The translations under genes and the position numbers were made by a program. From Parcubacteria group bacterium (GTDB lineage: Bacteria > Patescibacteriota > Minisyncoccia > Moranbacterales > UBA2206), in the NCBI GenBank assembly GCA_041659505.1, contig JBAZYF010000004.1:78922-142921 (forward strand): 64,000 nucleotides of DNA, in the 5' to 3' direction. Each line of letters starts with the position of its first letter. The first letter of the stretch is position 1. Below are positions 8,860 to 17,031 of this stretch, in pieces. Under the pieces are notes generated by a model. That model was not told the origin of the DNA. It saw nothing but the letters and a program-made list of their open reading frames with translations, and did no database searches.

Positions 8860-9315
8860 TCAGTTTAAAGCTTCATCATAAATAGCATCCTGAATAGCAA
8901 ACATTGTTTTGCCATGCGAGAATCCGAGCAAATGCAAAACGCCATGCGCAATGATTCTTGCCAGTTCTTTTTGCAAATCATTTTCCGAGGTACATTCACT
9001 TGCGGATTGTTTGATATAATTATAACACAAAATCAATTCGCCGAGAAATAGCTCCTGCTCAGTCGCTTTTTTCAATTCAGATGCTTCTTCAAATTCACAA
9101 AAGGATAACACATCTGTCGTGCGATCTTTTTTGCGATAAAGCTTGTTGAGCCGCCGAATTTCCTTTTCCGATACCCAAGCGAGGCTCAAGCTTAGGCTTT
9201 TTTTAGCCAACTCAACATAACCGCTCTTCGCAAGCGTTTCCGTGATAACTTTTTTGACAAAAGTTTTTTTCACCGGACTCTTGTCGGTATTGTTGATTTC
9301 TAGGTTTAGTTTCAT
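8860..9315 (-). CDS. ybeY: rRNA maturation endoribonuclease YbeY
   Basis: LNKLYRKKD..TDVLSF, LGELI, HGVLHLLGFSH. Confidence 0.95.
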   Translation of the reverse strand: MKLNLEINNTDKSPVKKTFVKKVITETLAKSGYVELAKKSLSLSLAWVSEKEIRRLNKLYRKKDRTTDVLSFCEFEEASELKKATEQELFLGELILCYNYIKQSASECTSENDLQKELARIIAHGVLHLLGFSHGKTMFAIQDAIYDEALN

Positions 9316-9328
9316 GATAATAGTTTAC

Positions 9329-10039
9329 TCATTTTTTTCTCGCAATCAAAACAATATTTTTACCGCTGGCCAAAAAACATTTTTCAATTTCAAATCCAGC
9401 AGATTGAAAAATCTCTACGAGGCTACTTTTAGTATACACCCGATGGTAGCGCTTGAAAACGCCACCCTCATTATCTTGAAACGGCACCAAGATATCGCCA
9501 AAACCAAACCCGCGATACGCTCCGATTTGAAAAATTTTTCCCAAGAGAGAGGAAAAATTAAAAATATTTTTCCGTCTTTTTTTCTGCCAAAGGTTCCAAG
9601 CTGTGATGACAATTGTTCCGCCCGGTTTTGTAATGCGGAACAGTTCCCTAGCCATCTCTCTGGCATATTTTTCGGGAAAATGATGAAAAACCGCCACGGA
9701 AATAATCCTATTGAAATAATTGTCGGGAAATGCTAGACTGGCAAGACTTGAAATCTTAGAAAAGGACGCCTTGTGCTCGGGATATTTTACCTTTGCTAGA
9801 TCAATCAGTTTTTGGGAAACATCCACGCCGACATACTCTATTTTTTTGTCTTTCAGAATTTCCAAAAGCCGGCCATTGCCACAGCCATAATCCAGAATTT
9901 TGTCCCCGTCCTCAACATAATCAGCGATAAAAGCCAGATCGCACCAGAAATTTTTCCGCGTATGGGAAAATTTCTCTGCCATTTGATCATAGCCAGATTC
10001 GGTTTCGTTCAGTATTTTATTTATTATTTCTTGCTGCAT
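9329..10039 (-). CDS. Class I SAM-dependent methyltransferase, Trm9/ALKBH8-like
   Basis: YDQMAEKFSHTR..W, DYGCGNGR, ISVAVFHH, KPGG..I..W, DILVPF, RYHRVY. Confidence 0.75.
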   Translation of the reverse strand: MQQEIINKILNETESGYDQMAEKFSHTRKNFWCDLAFIADYVEDGDKILDYGCGNGRLLEILKDKKIEYVGVDVSQKLIDLAKVKYPEHKASFSKISSLASLAFPDNYFNRIISVAVFHHFPEKYAREMARELFRITKPGGTIVITAWNLWQKKRRKNIFNFSSLLGKIFQIGAYRGFGFGDILVPFQDNEGGVFKRYHRVYTKSSLVEIFQSAGFEIEKCFLASGKNIVLIARKK

Positions 10040-10049
10040 AAAAAAATAA

Positions 10050-10190
10050 TGTCATCCTGAGCGAAACGAAGTGGAGTCGAAGGATCTTCTTAACACTATC
10101 CAAAGCTTAATTTATATTTGCAAAGCTTGGGGTATCGGTAGGCAGATCCTTCGACTTCGTCCTGAGTACAGGACTTCGCTCAGGATGACA
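10050..10190 (+). repeat. MITE/REPIN-like element, family B, copy 1
   Basis: TGTCATCCTGAGCGAA...GTCGAAGGATCT / AGATCCTTCGAC...TTCGCTCAGGATGACA inverted ends. Confidence 0.85.
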
Positions 10191-10213
10191 ACATTTTTAA
10201 ATTAAAAAGTCTC

Positions 10214-11821
10214 ATGATTAAAGCTTACGACAATTTTGTTAAACTGGCAATGCAAGAGTCCGTCACTACGCCGGGAGAATTTTTGCGTGTTAAAAAAAAT
10301 GTTTCCAAAATTTTACAAATCCCCGTGCCAACCAATGCCAATCTGCGCGAGGCTTATGAAAAATTAGTCGCCCAGAAAAAAATTAAGCGTGACTTGGGAT
10401 TTGAAAACATCCTGATCAGCAAAAAAATCCGCACCCGTTCTGGCGTGGCGGTCATCGCTGTGCTCACCAAGCCCTACCCTTGTCCGGGAAAGTGTCTTTA
10501 TTGTCCGAGCGAAAAAGCCATGCCCAAGAGTTACCTAAAAAACGAACCGGCGGTGATGCGCGCCATCTCGGTCAAATTTAATCCCTACGCGCAAGTGCAA
10601 AAACGCCTGCGCGCGCTAGAGCTGAACGGTCACAAGACGGACAAAATCGAACTGATCGTGATGGGCGGAACGTTTTCCTATTTTCCCAAAAAATATCAAA
10701 ATTGGTTTGTCACAGAATGTTTTCGCGCGGTGAATGATTATGGTCATGTAGCCCGTAGAGACGCATTGCGATGCGTCTCTACCACGTTAGGCCGCGAACA
10801 GAAAAAAAACGAAAAGGCCCAGCGACGGATCATTGGATTGACCCTCGAGACTCGCCCGGATTATATCGATGAAAAAGAAATTTTAAATTTTCGCACGCTG
10901 GGTTGCACCCGAGTGGAGCTCGGTGTGCAAAGCATTTTTGATGACGTGCTTACGAAAAATAATCGCGGACACGATGTGGCCGAAACAATCCGCGCCACCA
11001 AGCTTCTCAAAAACGCCGGCTTCAAAATCAACTATCACATTATGCCCGGACTCTATGGATCAGACGAGAAGAAAGATTATCAGATGTTCAAAACGCTTTT
11101 TTCTTCACCGGATTTTCAGCCGGATATGCTCAAAATTTATCCGACAGTCGTTCTGCGTGACAGCACGCTCTATGACATCTGGAATAGAGGCCTCTATAGA
11201 GGCCTCGATGATCAGCAGTTTGAAAAATTCATCTTGCGCGTCAAAAAAAATCTCATCCCGCCCTACGTCCGCATCGCGCGACTCGTGCGGGATGTGCCTG
11301 CCGAATCGATCATTGCAGGACCGATCATTTCCAATTTGCGCCAAATGATCGCCGAAAAATCTCAGTGCCAATGCATTCGCTGTCGAGAAGTCGGTGGAAA
11401 TTTCAATTTACAAGACGAACTGATATTAAACCGCATCGACTATGACGCCTCGGATGGAAAAGAAATATTTTTGGAATATACAACAAGTGATAGAAAAAAA
11501 ATATTCGCCCTTTTACGCCTGAGGATAAATGGAGATTCGACCTACATAACGGAGGTCGAACCTCCACAAGTTCTCAAAAATTCCGCCATCATCCGCGAAG
11601 TGCATACATACGGAACAATGACCGAGATCGATAAGAAAAATAGTAAATCCCCGCAACATATCGGCCTCGGGAAAAAACTGATCGCAGAAGCGGAAAAAAT
11701 TGCCCGGCAGGAATTCGGCCTCAAAAAAATCGCCATCATTTCCGGCATCGGCGCGAGGGAATATTATCGCAAACTTGGTTATCGCTTAAAAGATAGTTAT
11801 ATGGTAAAATACATACACTAA
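10214..11821 (+). CDS. elp3: Elp3-family radical SAM/KAT tRNA U34 carboxymethyltransferase
   Basis: RTRSGVA, CPGKCLYCP, ETRPD, RVELGVQS, PDMLKIYPT, IRCREV, REVHTYG, QHIGLGKKL, ISGIGAREYYRKLGY. Confidence 0.93.
   Translation: MIKAYDNFVKLAMQESVTTPGEFLRVKKNVSKILQIPVPTNANLREAYEKLVAQKKIKRDLGFENILISKKIRTRSGVAVIAVLTKPYPCPGKCLYCPSEKAMPKSYLKNEPAVMRAISVKFNPYAQVQKRLRALELNGHKTDKIELIVMGGTFSYFPKKYQNWFVTECFRAVNDYGHVARRDALRCVSTTLGREQKKNEKAQRRIIGLTLETRPDYIDEKEILNFRTLGCTRVELGVQSIFDDVLTKNNRGHDVAETIRATKLLKNAGFKINYHIMPGLYGSDEKKDYQMFKTLFSSPDFQPDMLKIYPTVVLRDSTLYDIWNRGLYRGLDDQQFEKFILRVKKNLIPPYVRIARLVRDVPAESIIAGPIISNLRQMIAEKSQCQCIRCREVGGNFNLQDELILNRIDYDASDGKEIFLEYTTSDRKKIFALLRLRINGDSTYITEVEPPQVLKNSAIIREVHTYGTMTEIDKKNSKSPQHIGLGKKLIAEAEKIARQEFGLKKIAIISGIGAREYYRKLGYRLKDSYMVKYIH
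10755..10782. repeat. GTAG-type REP palindrome (family G) inside elp3
   Basis: GTAGAGACGCATTGCGATGCGTCTCTAC; same ends as the intergenic REPs at 19181-19315 and 53020-53048. Confidence 0.85.
11531..11565. repeat. Hairpin repeat inside elp3
   Basis: GGAGATTCGACCT-9nt-AGGTCGAACCTCC. Confidence 0.6.
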
Positions 11822-11843
11822 GCAACATGATTTGCAGAAAAAA

Positions 11844-13784
11844 ATGAAAAAAAATATTAGCGCCATAGTAATTATCATCGCATTAAGTATCGGCAGTTAT
11901 CTATTTTTCACAAAACGCATTTCTGAAAAGCAACTGCCCCAAACTAAAGACGAGCTATCCGCGACAGGAGTGATTAACTTTCACAAACTTTCTGCAGGAA
12001 AAGAATTTGGAAATATCTTAAAGCTTTTTAACCCAGTAATCGATGAAAAAAATCGAAAACTCTATGTTGTTGGCTCAAAAACAACTTCCATAGGTGTCAT
12101 TGATCTGAATAAAGATGAATTGATTGACACATTTGACATCGGTGTTTTTGGAGGCTTCTTGATATTCAATGACCAAAAACTCTATTCCTTTGATTTTGGC
12201 CGGAGTAAATGTTATGCAATCGATACGATAAATAAAAAAGCGACGGAAATCTCCTTCGACACTTGCACTAGCCTTGCGCCACAAGACAAGGACAAACCGA
12301 AAAAAGCCGGTAGCTATTCCTTTTTGGAAACCGGCTATCGATCTTTTTCTGACGGAACAACCGGCTTCCCGACAGACTGGACGCAAAATCTGAACGGCGC
12401 CTATGGGGTCATTGAAATAAGTGATTCTGCTGGAAAAAAGGTTGGCGAGATTGTTCACGGTCCCGATGCCAATTTTTTCACCATCGATTCTAAAACGAAT
12501 AAACTCTACGCGACCAATACAGGAGATGGCTCTCTTTCGGTTTTTGATCTGAACAAGCTGGAGAGTACCAATTTTTGTGAAAAAAATAGTTGTCTAGTCA
12601 AGGAAATCAATGTCGGCGATTCTGCCGATCAAGTAATTGCTGATTCGAATGGTAATCTTTATGTCCGAAATCGCTTGGGCGGAAGCACAATTTTCAAATA
12701 TGACCAATCGACCAAAACTTTCACCATAATTGAAAATGAAAATCAGCTTTCGAAAAATGCCTCGATTTGGAATAATAATTGGCACGGCGAAATGGCACTG
12801 GGAATGTGGCCGACAGATATGGCACTAAGTGGAGATGAACAAAGACTCTATGTTTTGAGCCATTACGGTGCACTGATTGATATTGTTGATACAAATTCTA
12901 ACAAGGTGACCAGCAAAATTAACTTCAACCCAACACTCAAGCCCAGAACTGATTCCATTGCTAGTATGACCTTGGACAAGTCCAGGGATCGAATTTATGC
13001 GATCTGGCCCGAATTAGGATTAGTTGGAATTGCTGACGGAAAAAATAGCCAAACTCTAGGCACGATCAACCTTGAAAACTACGGCTTCAATAAATCCAAA
13101 GCGGCCAATAGAGGACCGGGCCAGATCAGTATCGCAGTCAGTGAAAAAGATGGCTCCCTTTTTGTCCACCTATTCAATGAAAAAAAACTACTCGCTTTTG
13201 ACGGAAACACTTTTCAGCTAAAAAAGGAAGTGATGGAAGTAGAGACTGAAAAAAGAGAGAAAACCTTGACGGTTAATCCGCAAAAGAACGAGCTATACCT
13301 CGGCAGGACCATTTTTAATCTGACTACTCTGGAAAAAAGCGGCAGTTTTTCTCGCGGACAAAAAGTTGAAGCCATTAATACTACCACCGGTTCAGTCTAT
13401 TTGAAAGACTTGCTTGCCGATAAAAATAGTAAAAACAAAATGAGTTTGAAAATCTTTGAATATTCTGATGGTACTGCGAAAAAAGAATGGACGATTGATG
13501 ACTTAGGAGAAATCGCCAACACGTTTTTCGATTTTAAAAACAATGTTTTCTACGTAGCTGACTTTCTTTCCAGTTCTGTCATAAAACAAGATCTAACAAA
13601 CGGCTCAACTCCAAGTACGCCCCCTGCCAACCCTGCACCCACCGACACCAAAAAACCAATGCCTCCAACAGCAACATCCCAAACGCCAATATCCCCGACT
13701 ACGCCGACACAAGGAAAATGCGGAGACGGAATTTGTCAACCGATCGAAAAAGAAAAAGGCGTTTGCCGGGAAGATTGTAAATGA
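11844..13784 (+). CDS. Membrane-anchored or secreted YVTN/YncE-like beta-propeller with Pro/Thr linker and Cys-rich tail
   Basis: N-terminal hydrophobic helix, repeated LYV/LYA.N..GDGSLSVFD blades, PT-rich linker, CGDGICQPIEKEKGVCREDC; ATG at 11844 preferred over TTG at 11832. Confidence 0.75.
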   Translation: MKKNISAIVIIIALSIGSYLFFTKRISEKQLPQTKDELSATGVINFHKLSAGKEFGNILKLFNPVIDEKNRKLYVVGSKTTSIGVIDLNKDELIDTFDIGVFGGFLIFNDQKLYSFDFGRSKCYAIDTINKKATEISFDTCTSLAPQDKDKPKKAGSYSFLETGYRSFSDGTTGFPTDWTQNLNGAYGVIEISDSAGKKVGEIVHGPDANFFTIDSKTNKLYATNTGDGSLSVFDLNKLESTNFCEKNSCLVKEINVGDSADQVIADSNGNLYVRNRLGGSTIFKYDQSTKTFTIIENENQLSKNASIWNNNWHGEMALGMWPTDMALSGDEQRLYVLSHYGALIDIVDTNSNKVTSKINFNPTLKPRTDSIASMTLDKSRDRIYAIWPELGLVGIADGKNSQTLGTINLENYGFNKSKAANRGPGQISIAVSEKDGSLFVHLFNEKKLLAFDGNTFQLKKEVMEVETEKREKTLTVNPQKNELYLGRTIFNLTTLEKSGSFSRGQKVEAINTTTGSVYLKDLLADKNSKNKMSLKIFEYSDGTAKKEWTIDDLGEIANTFFDFKNNVFYVADFLSSSVIKQDLTNGSTPSTPPANPAPTDTKKPMPPTATSQTPISPTTPTQGKCGDGICQPIEKEKGVCREDCK

Positions 13785-13827
13785 AAAAAATCACTGGAGT
13801 ATAAATTTCTATTTTTAACTTAATACT

Positions 13828-14229
13828 ATGGACTCAAAAATCATCATCGCGTCTGGTCCAGTTATTGTGGAAGATAATAAAGTTCTTCTTGATTTGCAAG
13901 GAGACGATAATTTTTGGAAGTTTTGTGGAGGAAAGACTAAAGAAGGAGAAGCTCTTAAGGAAACTGCGCAAAGGCGAGCCAAGGAAGAGCTAGGAATCAA
14001 AATCGAAATTCTGGATGAAAAACCTTTTCTTATTCACACGACAAAAGAAACAACGGATGGGCTTGTTGATGTTATTCTGGTTCACTATCTTGCCAAACGC
14101 CGCGGCGAGATCACACCAGGCGCTGACATCCGAGAGTGTAAATGGATTCCACTTTCCGATCTAGAAAAAGAAAATCTAGCGCCGAATATTCTTCCTACAC
14201 TAAAATATTTTGAGTTTATTGCCAGCTAA
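13828..14229 (+). CDS. NUDIX hydrolase
   Basis: GGKTKEGEALKETAQRRAKEELG Nudix box (slightly variant). Confidence 0.88.
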   Translation: MDSKIIIASGPVIVEDNKVLLDLQGDDNFWKFCGGKTKEGEALKETAQRRAKEELGIKIEILDEKPFLIHTTKETTDGLVDVILVHYLAKRRGEITPGADIRECKWIPLSDLEKENLAPNILPTLKYFEFIAS

Positions 14230-15357
14230 TTGCCCACATGCCCCTGCCACTTCTTGCCCCAGACTTTTTCTGATTGTTACACTCATTCCACCTTTTTCTA
14301 AAAAGTCTTTGAAAAGGTGTGTTTTATTGCCAGATGATGCTTTAAATTCTTCTCCGGTTTCATTATAAGCGATTAGGTTTACATGCAAAAGTTGACGATG
14401 ACCGATTGATTTGAGATAGGTCGAAAGCGCGTAGGCATCTTCTTCACTGTCGTTGATGCCGGAAAGCAGTACATACTCAAAAAATATCTGCCGATTTGTT
14501 TTGGAAAAATAATCCTTGAGTGCTCCTTTCAACTCTTCTAAATTGTATTTTTTATTGATCGGCATAAACCGGTTTCTTTTTTCATCGGTCGCGAAATGCA
14601 GAGAAATTGCCAGATTGATTTGCGGAAATTCTTCGGCCAAGTTTTTTAACCCCTCAGGAATTCCAGCTGTTGAAACGGAAATGCTGCGCGAACCAAATGC
14701 AAATAAATTTTTATCCACGAGGTCACGCAAACTTTTTTTCACTTCCTCCCAATTCAAAAAAGGCTCCCCCATTCCCATATAAACAATATTACTAATCTGC
14801 CCCCTCTCCTTGATAAGGAGATTCTGATTCTGCCAGGTGACAGAATCAGAGGGGTGAGGTGCATTTTTTTCTTGTTCACTGTTCCCTGTTCCCTGTTTTC
14901 TGATGTACTGTCTCCAAAACAAAACCTGATCCGTGATTTCTTCCGCCGTCAGATTTCTTTGCAGTCCGCCTTTTCCTGTTGCACAAAAACTACAGTTCAA
15001 AGGACAGCCAACTTGCGAAGAAATGCAGACCGACCACTTTTTTTCCCCGCCTGCAACGCTATGCGTAGCATTGCGGGCAGGCATTGGAGATAACAAAACA
15101 GATTCGATTTTGTTTCCGTCAGCTAATTTCAAAAGAGCTTTCAAAGAACTCTTATCTTTTGATACTAAAACTTTTTCCACCTCGAAGGATAAAATTTTCA
15201 TTTCTTTCTCTAGTGTCTCGCGTAAATTTTTGGAAATCGTTGAGATTTCTGAAAAATCAGAAACGCCATCCTGATAGATGGCTTTTTGGATCTGGCTCAA
15301 GCGAAATTTCAGCTCGCCATTGTCAGTGAGGATTTTTTTTAGTTTTTCGAGTTGCAT
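14200..15357 (-). CDS. rlmN: 23S rRNA m2A2503/tRNA A37 methyltransferase RlmN, carrying two repeat-derived insertions
   Basis: CISSQVGCPLNCSFCATG, MGMGEP, ACGQL. Start moved to MQLEK (15357) because the ORF-track extension is read from a family A repeat. Confidence 0.93.
   Translation of the reverse strand: MQLEKLKKILTDNGELKFRLSQIQKAIYQDGVSDFSEISTISKNLRETLEKEMKILSFEVEKVLVSKDKSSLKALLKLADGNKIESVLLSPMPARNATHSVAGGEKKWSVCISSQVGCPLNCSFCATGKGGLQRNLTAEEITDQVLFWRQYIRKQGTGNSEQEKNAPHPSDSVTWQNQNLLIKERGQISNIVYMGMGEPFLNWEEVKKSLRDLVDKNLFAFGSRSISVSTAGIPEGLKNLAEEFPQINLAISLHFATDEKRNRFMPINKKYNLEELKGALKDYFSKTNRQIFFEYVLLSGINDSEEDAYALSTYLKSIGHRQLLHVNLIAYNETGEEFKASSGNKTHLFKDFLEKGGMSVTIRKSLGQEVAGACGQLAGNKLKIF
14800..14897. 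repeat. Composite repeat inside rlmN
   Basis: CCCCTCTCCTTGATAAGGAG..GGGGTGAGG with nested TCTGATTCTG..CAGAATCAGA hairpin, plus a CTGTTCC/CTGTTCA heptamer run. Confidence 0.6.
15046..15081 (-). repeat. 36-nt coding palindrome (family C) in rlmN, encodes PARNATHSVAGG
   Basis: CCTGCCCGCAATGCTACGCATAGCGTTGCAGGCGGG, identical to 49662-49697. Confidence 0.95.
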
Positions 15358-15368
15358 AAATAATTTAG

Positions 15369-15538
15369 TGTCATTCCCGCGGAGGCGGGAATCCAGACAC
15401 CTCAAGTTTTAAAATAAAGAGAAAGCAAATTACTAAAATTCAAGGTTTACTGAAGTAGAAAACTAATCCGACTTGCAGCTCGATTTTTCAGAGATTATAG
15501 CTGGTGGAACCTGGATTACCGCCTTCGCGGGAATGACA
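15369..15538 (-). repeat. Family A element, copy 2 (reverse orientation)
   Basis: Same terminal palindromes; inner GGTTCCAC and GAGGTG landmarks are reversed. Confidence 0.9.
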
Positions 15539-15551
15539 CGAAAGAAAAAAT

Positions 15552-15884
15552 TCAACTTCTAAAATCAAACAATTTCTCCTTAAAATCAACCACTTCCCCG
15601 TCTCTTACTTTTACTCCTTCTTTGGCCAAAAGTCCAGCCTTGACCTTCGCCCCTTGCGCAAAACCGCCGATTCGGCCGTCAGAGCGCACCACACGATGGC
15701 ATGGAACGACCGGTGCGTAGGGATTGCAATTGAGTGCGTTGCCTACCGCCCGCGAGGCATTGGGCCTTCCGATTGCCTGAGCAATCTGACCATAAGTTGC
15801 CACTTTTCCGCGTGGAATTAATTTAGTTTTGGCGTAAACAAAATCAGAAAAAGATTTGGTAGATTTATTAGAAATGCGCTTCAT
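15552..15884 (-). CDS. Methylated-DNA-protein-cysteine methyltransferase (MGMT/Ogt C-terminal domain)
   Basis: IPRGKVATYGQIA, RAVGNAL..NP, PCHRV active site. Confidence 0.92.
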   Translation of the reverse strand: MKRISNKSTKSFSDFVYAKTKLIPRGKVATYGQIAQAIGRPNASRAVGNALNCNPYAPVVPCHRVVRSDGRIGGFAQGAKVKAGLLAKEGVKVRDGEVVDFKEKLFDFRS

Positions 15885-15890
15885 ACTAAT

Positions 15891-16826
15891 TTAAAGTTCA
15901 CTGAGACTCGCAAGTCTTGCAAATTCTTCATTCACGATTTTTTGCATCCGCGCCAGAACCGGTTTATTTTTTTCCGAGAAAAGATGTTTGAATCGGCCTT
16001 GGGTTTTCAAAAATTCGCTCACTGGTTTTAGGGTTTTTGGTTCATAATTTAGCGTATACTTTCTGCTTTCTCCGCCCAAGGCGGATCCGCCTTGGGCGGA
16101 AATTTCATAGAGCGGCCAAAAATTTGTTTCTGTCGCCAATTTGGCAATCGCCACATATTGCGAGGTGGGAAATTTCCAATTATTCGTGCACGGTGAAAAG
16201 ACTGTGAGAAAGCTTGGCCCATCGACTGCTAAGGCTTTTTTGGCTTTCATTTTGAGGTCCGCAATGTTTGCAATATTGGCTTGTGCGGCATAGGAGATAT
16301 TATGCGCCGCCACAATGCCCATCAAATTTTTGCGCATCTCGACTTTGCCAAAAGATTCTTTTCCGACTGGTGTCGTTTCTGTTCCCGCGCCATAAGGCGT
16401 CGCGGACGATCTTTGATTGCCCGTGTTCATATACCCCCCATTATCATAGACAACGTAGAGAAAATTGTGCCCGCGCTCAAGTGCACCGGACAATGCTTGC
16501 AGTCCAATGTCGTAGGTTCCCCCGTCTCCGCCAAAGGCAACAAACTTAATTTTCTTTTTGATCCTGCTTTTTTTTCGCATAAACTGATAAGCTCTTTCCA
16601 CACCAGAAATCGTCGCCGCCGCGTTTTCAAATGCGCTGTGGATATATGGTACGTTCCAGGCGGTGTAGGGATAGATAGTCGAAGTCACCTCAAGACATCC
16701 TGTTGCATTGGAAATCACTACCGGCGTAGTCGCCTCGCCCAAAATCGTCCTGACAATTGAAGGAAACGCACACCCCGCGCAAGCGCTATGACCGGGGGCT
16801 AGGTTTTTTGCTAAATTTTTGTTCAT
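15891..16826 (-). CDS. porB: Pyruvate:ferredoxin oxidoreductase beta subunit
   Basis: GHSACAGC, ATGCLEV, GGDGGTYDIG..YDNGGYMNTG TPP-binding motif. Confidence 0.93.
   Translation of the reverse strand: MNKNLAKNLAPGHSACAGCAFPSIVRTILGEATTPVVISNATGCLEVTSTIYPYTAWNVPYIHSAFENAAATISGVERAYQFMRKKSRIKKKIKFVAFGGDGGTYDIGLQALSGALERGHNFLYVVYDNGGYMNTGNQRSSATPYGAGTETTPVGKESFGKVEMRKNLMGIVAAHNISYAAQANIANIADLKMKAKKALAVDGPSFLTVFSPCTNNWKFPTSQYVAIAKLATETNFWPLYEISAQGGSALGGESRKYTLNYEPKTLKPVSEFLKTQGRFKHLFSEKNKPVLARMQKIVNEEFARLASLSEL
16071..16100. repeat. Perfect 30-bp palindrome in-frame in porB (SAQGGSALGG)
   Basis: TCCGCCCAAGGCGGATCCGCCTTGGGCGGA equals its own reverse complement. Confidence 0.9.
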
Positions 16827-16875
16827 CTATTTTCTATTAGTTCTGCTAAATATATCGCGATTTTTTATTTAAATT

Positions 16876-17025
16876 CTCTTCTCCCTCCGGGAGAAGGTGG
16901 CCAAAGGCCGGATGAGGGTGCCCTCAGAAACACAAAAGCTTAATTTAATTGATTGTTTTTTCTGTATTGGCAAGAACCCTCACCTGTCACGAGTACGTGA
17001 CATCCTCTCCCGGAGAGAGAAGAGG
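16876..17025 (+). repeat. MITE-like element, family F, copy 1
   Basis: CTTCTCCC..GGGAGAAGGTGGCC.AAGGCCGGATGAGGG ... CCCTCACCTGTC..GACATCCTCTCCC; second copy at 26264-26412. Confidence 0.85.
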
Positions 17026-17031
17026 CTATTA

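Noticed and set aside
14200-14229. 30-bp convergent overlap of NUDIX and rlmN
   Set aside because: Short tail-to-tail overlaps are common in compact genomes.
15358-15405. N-terminal extension MRCLDSRLRGNDTKLF of RlmN
   Set aside because: Read through the family A repeat end from a non-ATG start; MQLEK at 15357 is more plausible. The same applies to the GTG starts at 18495 and 26264.
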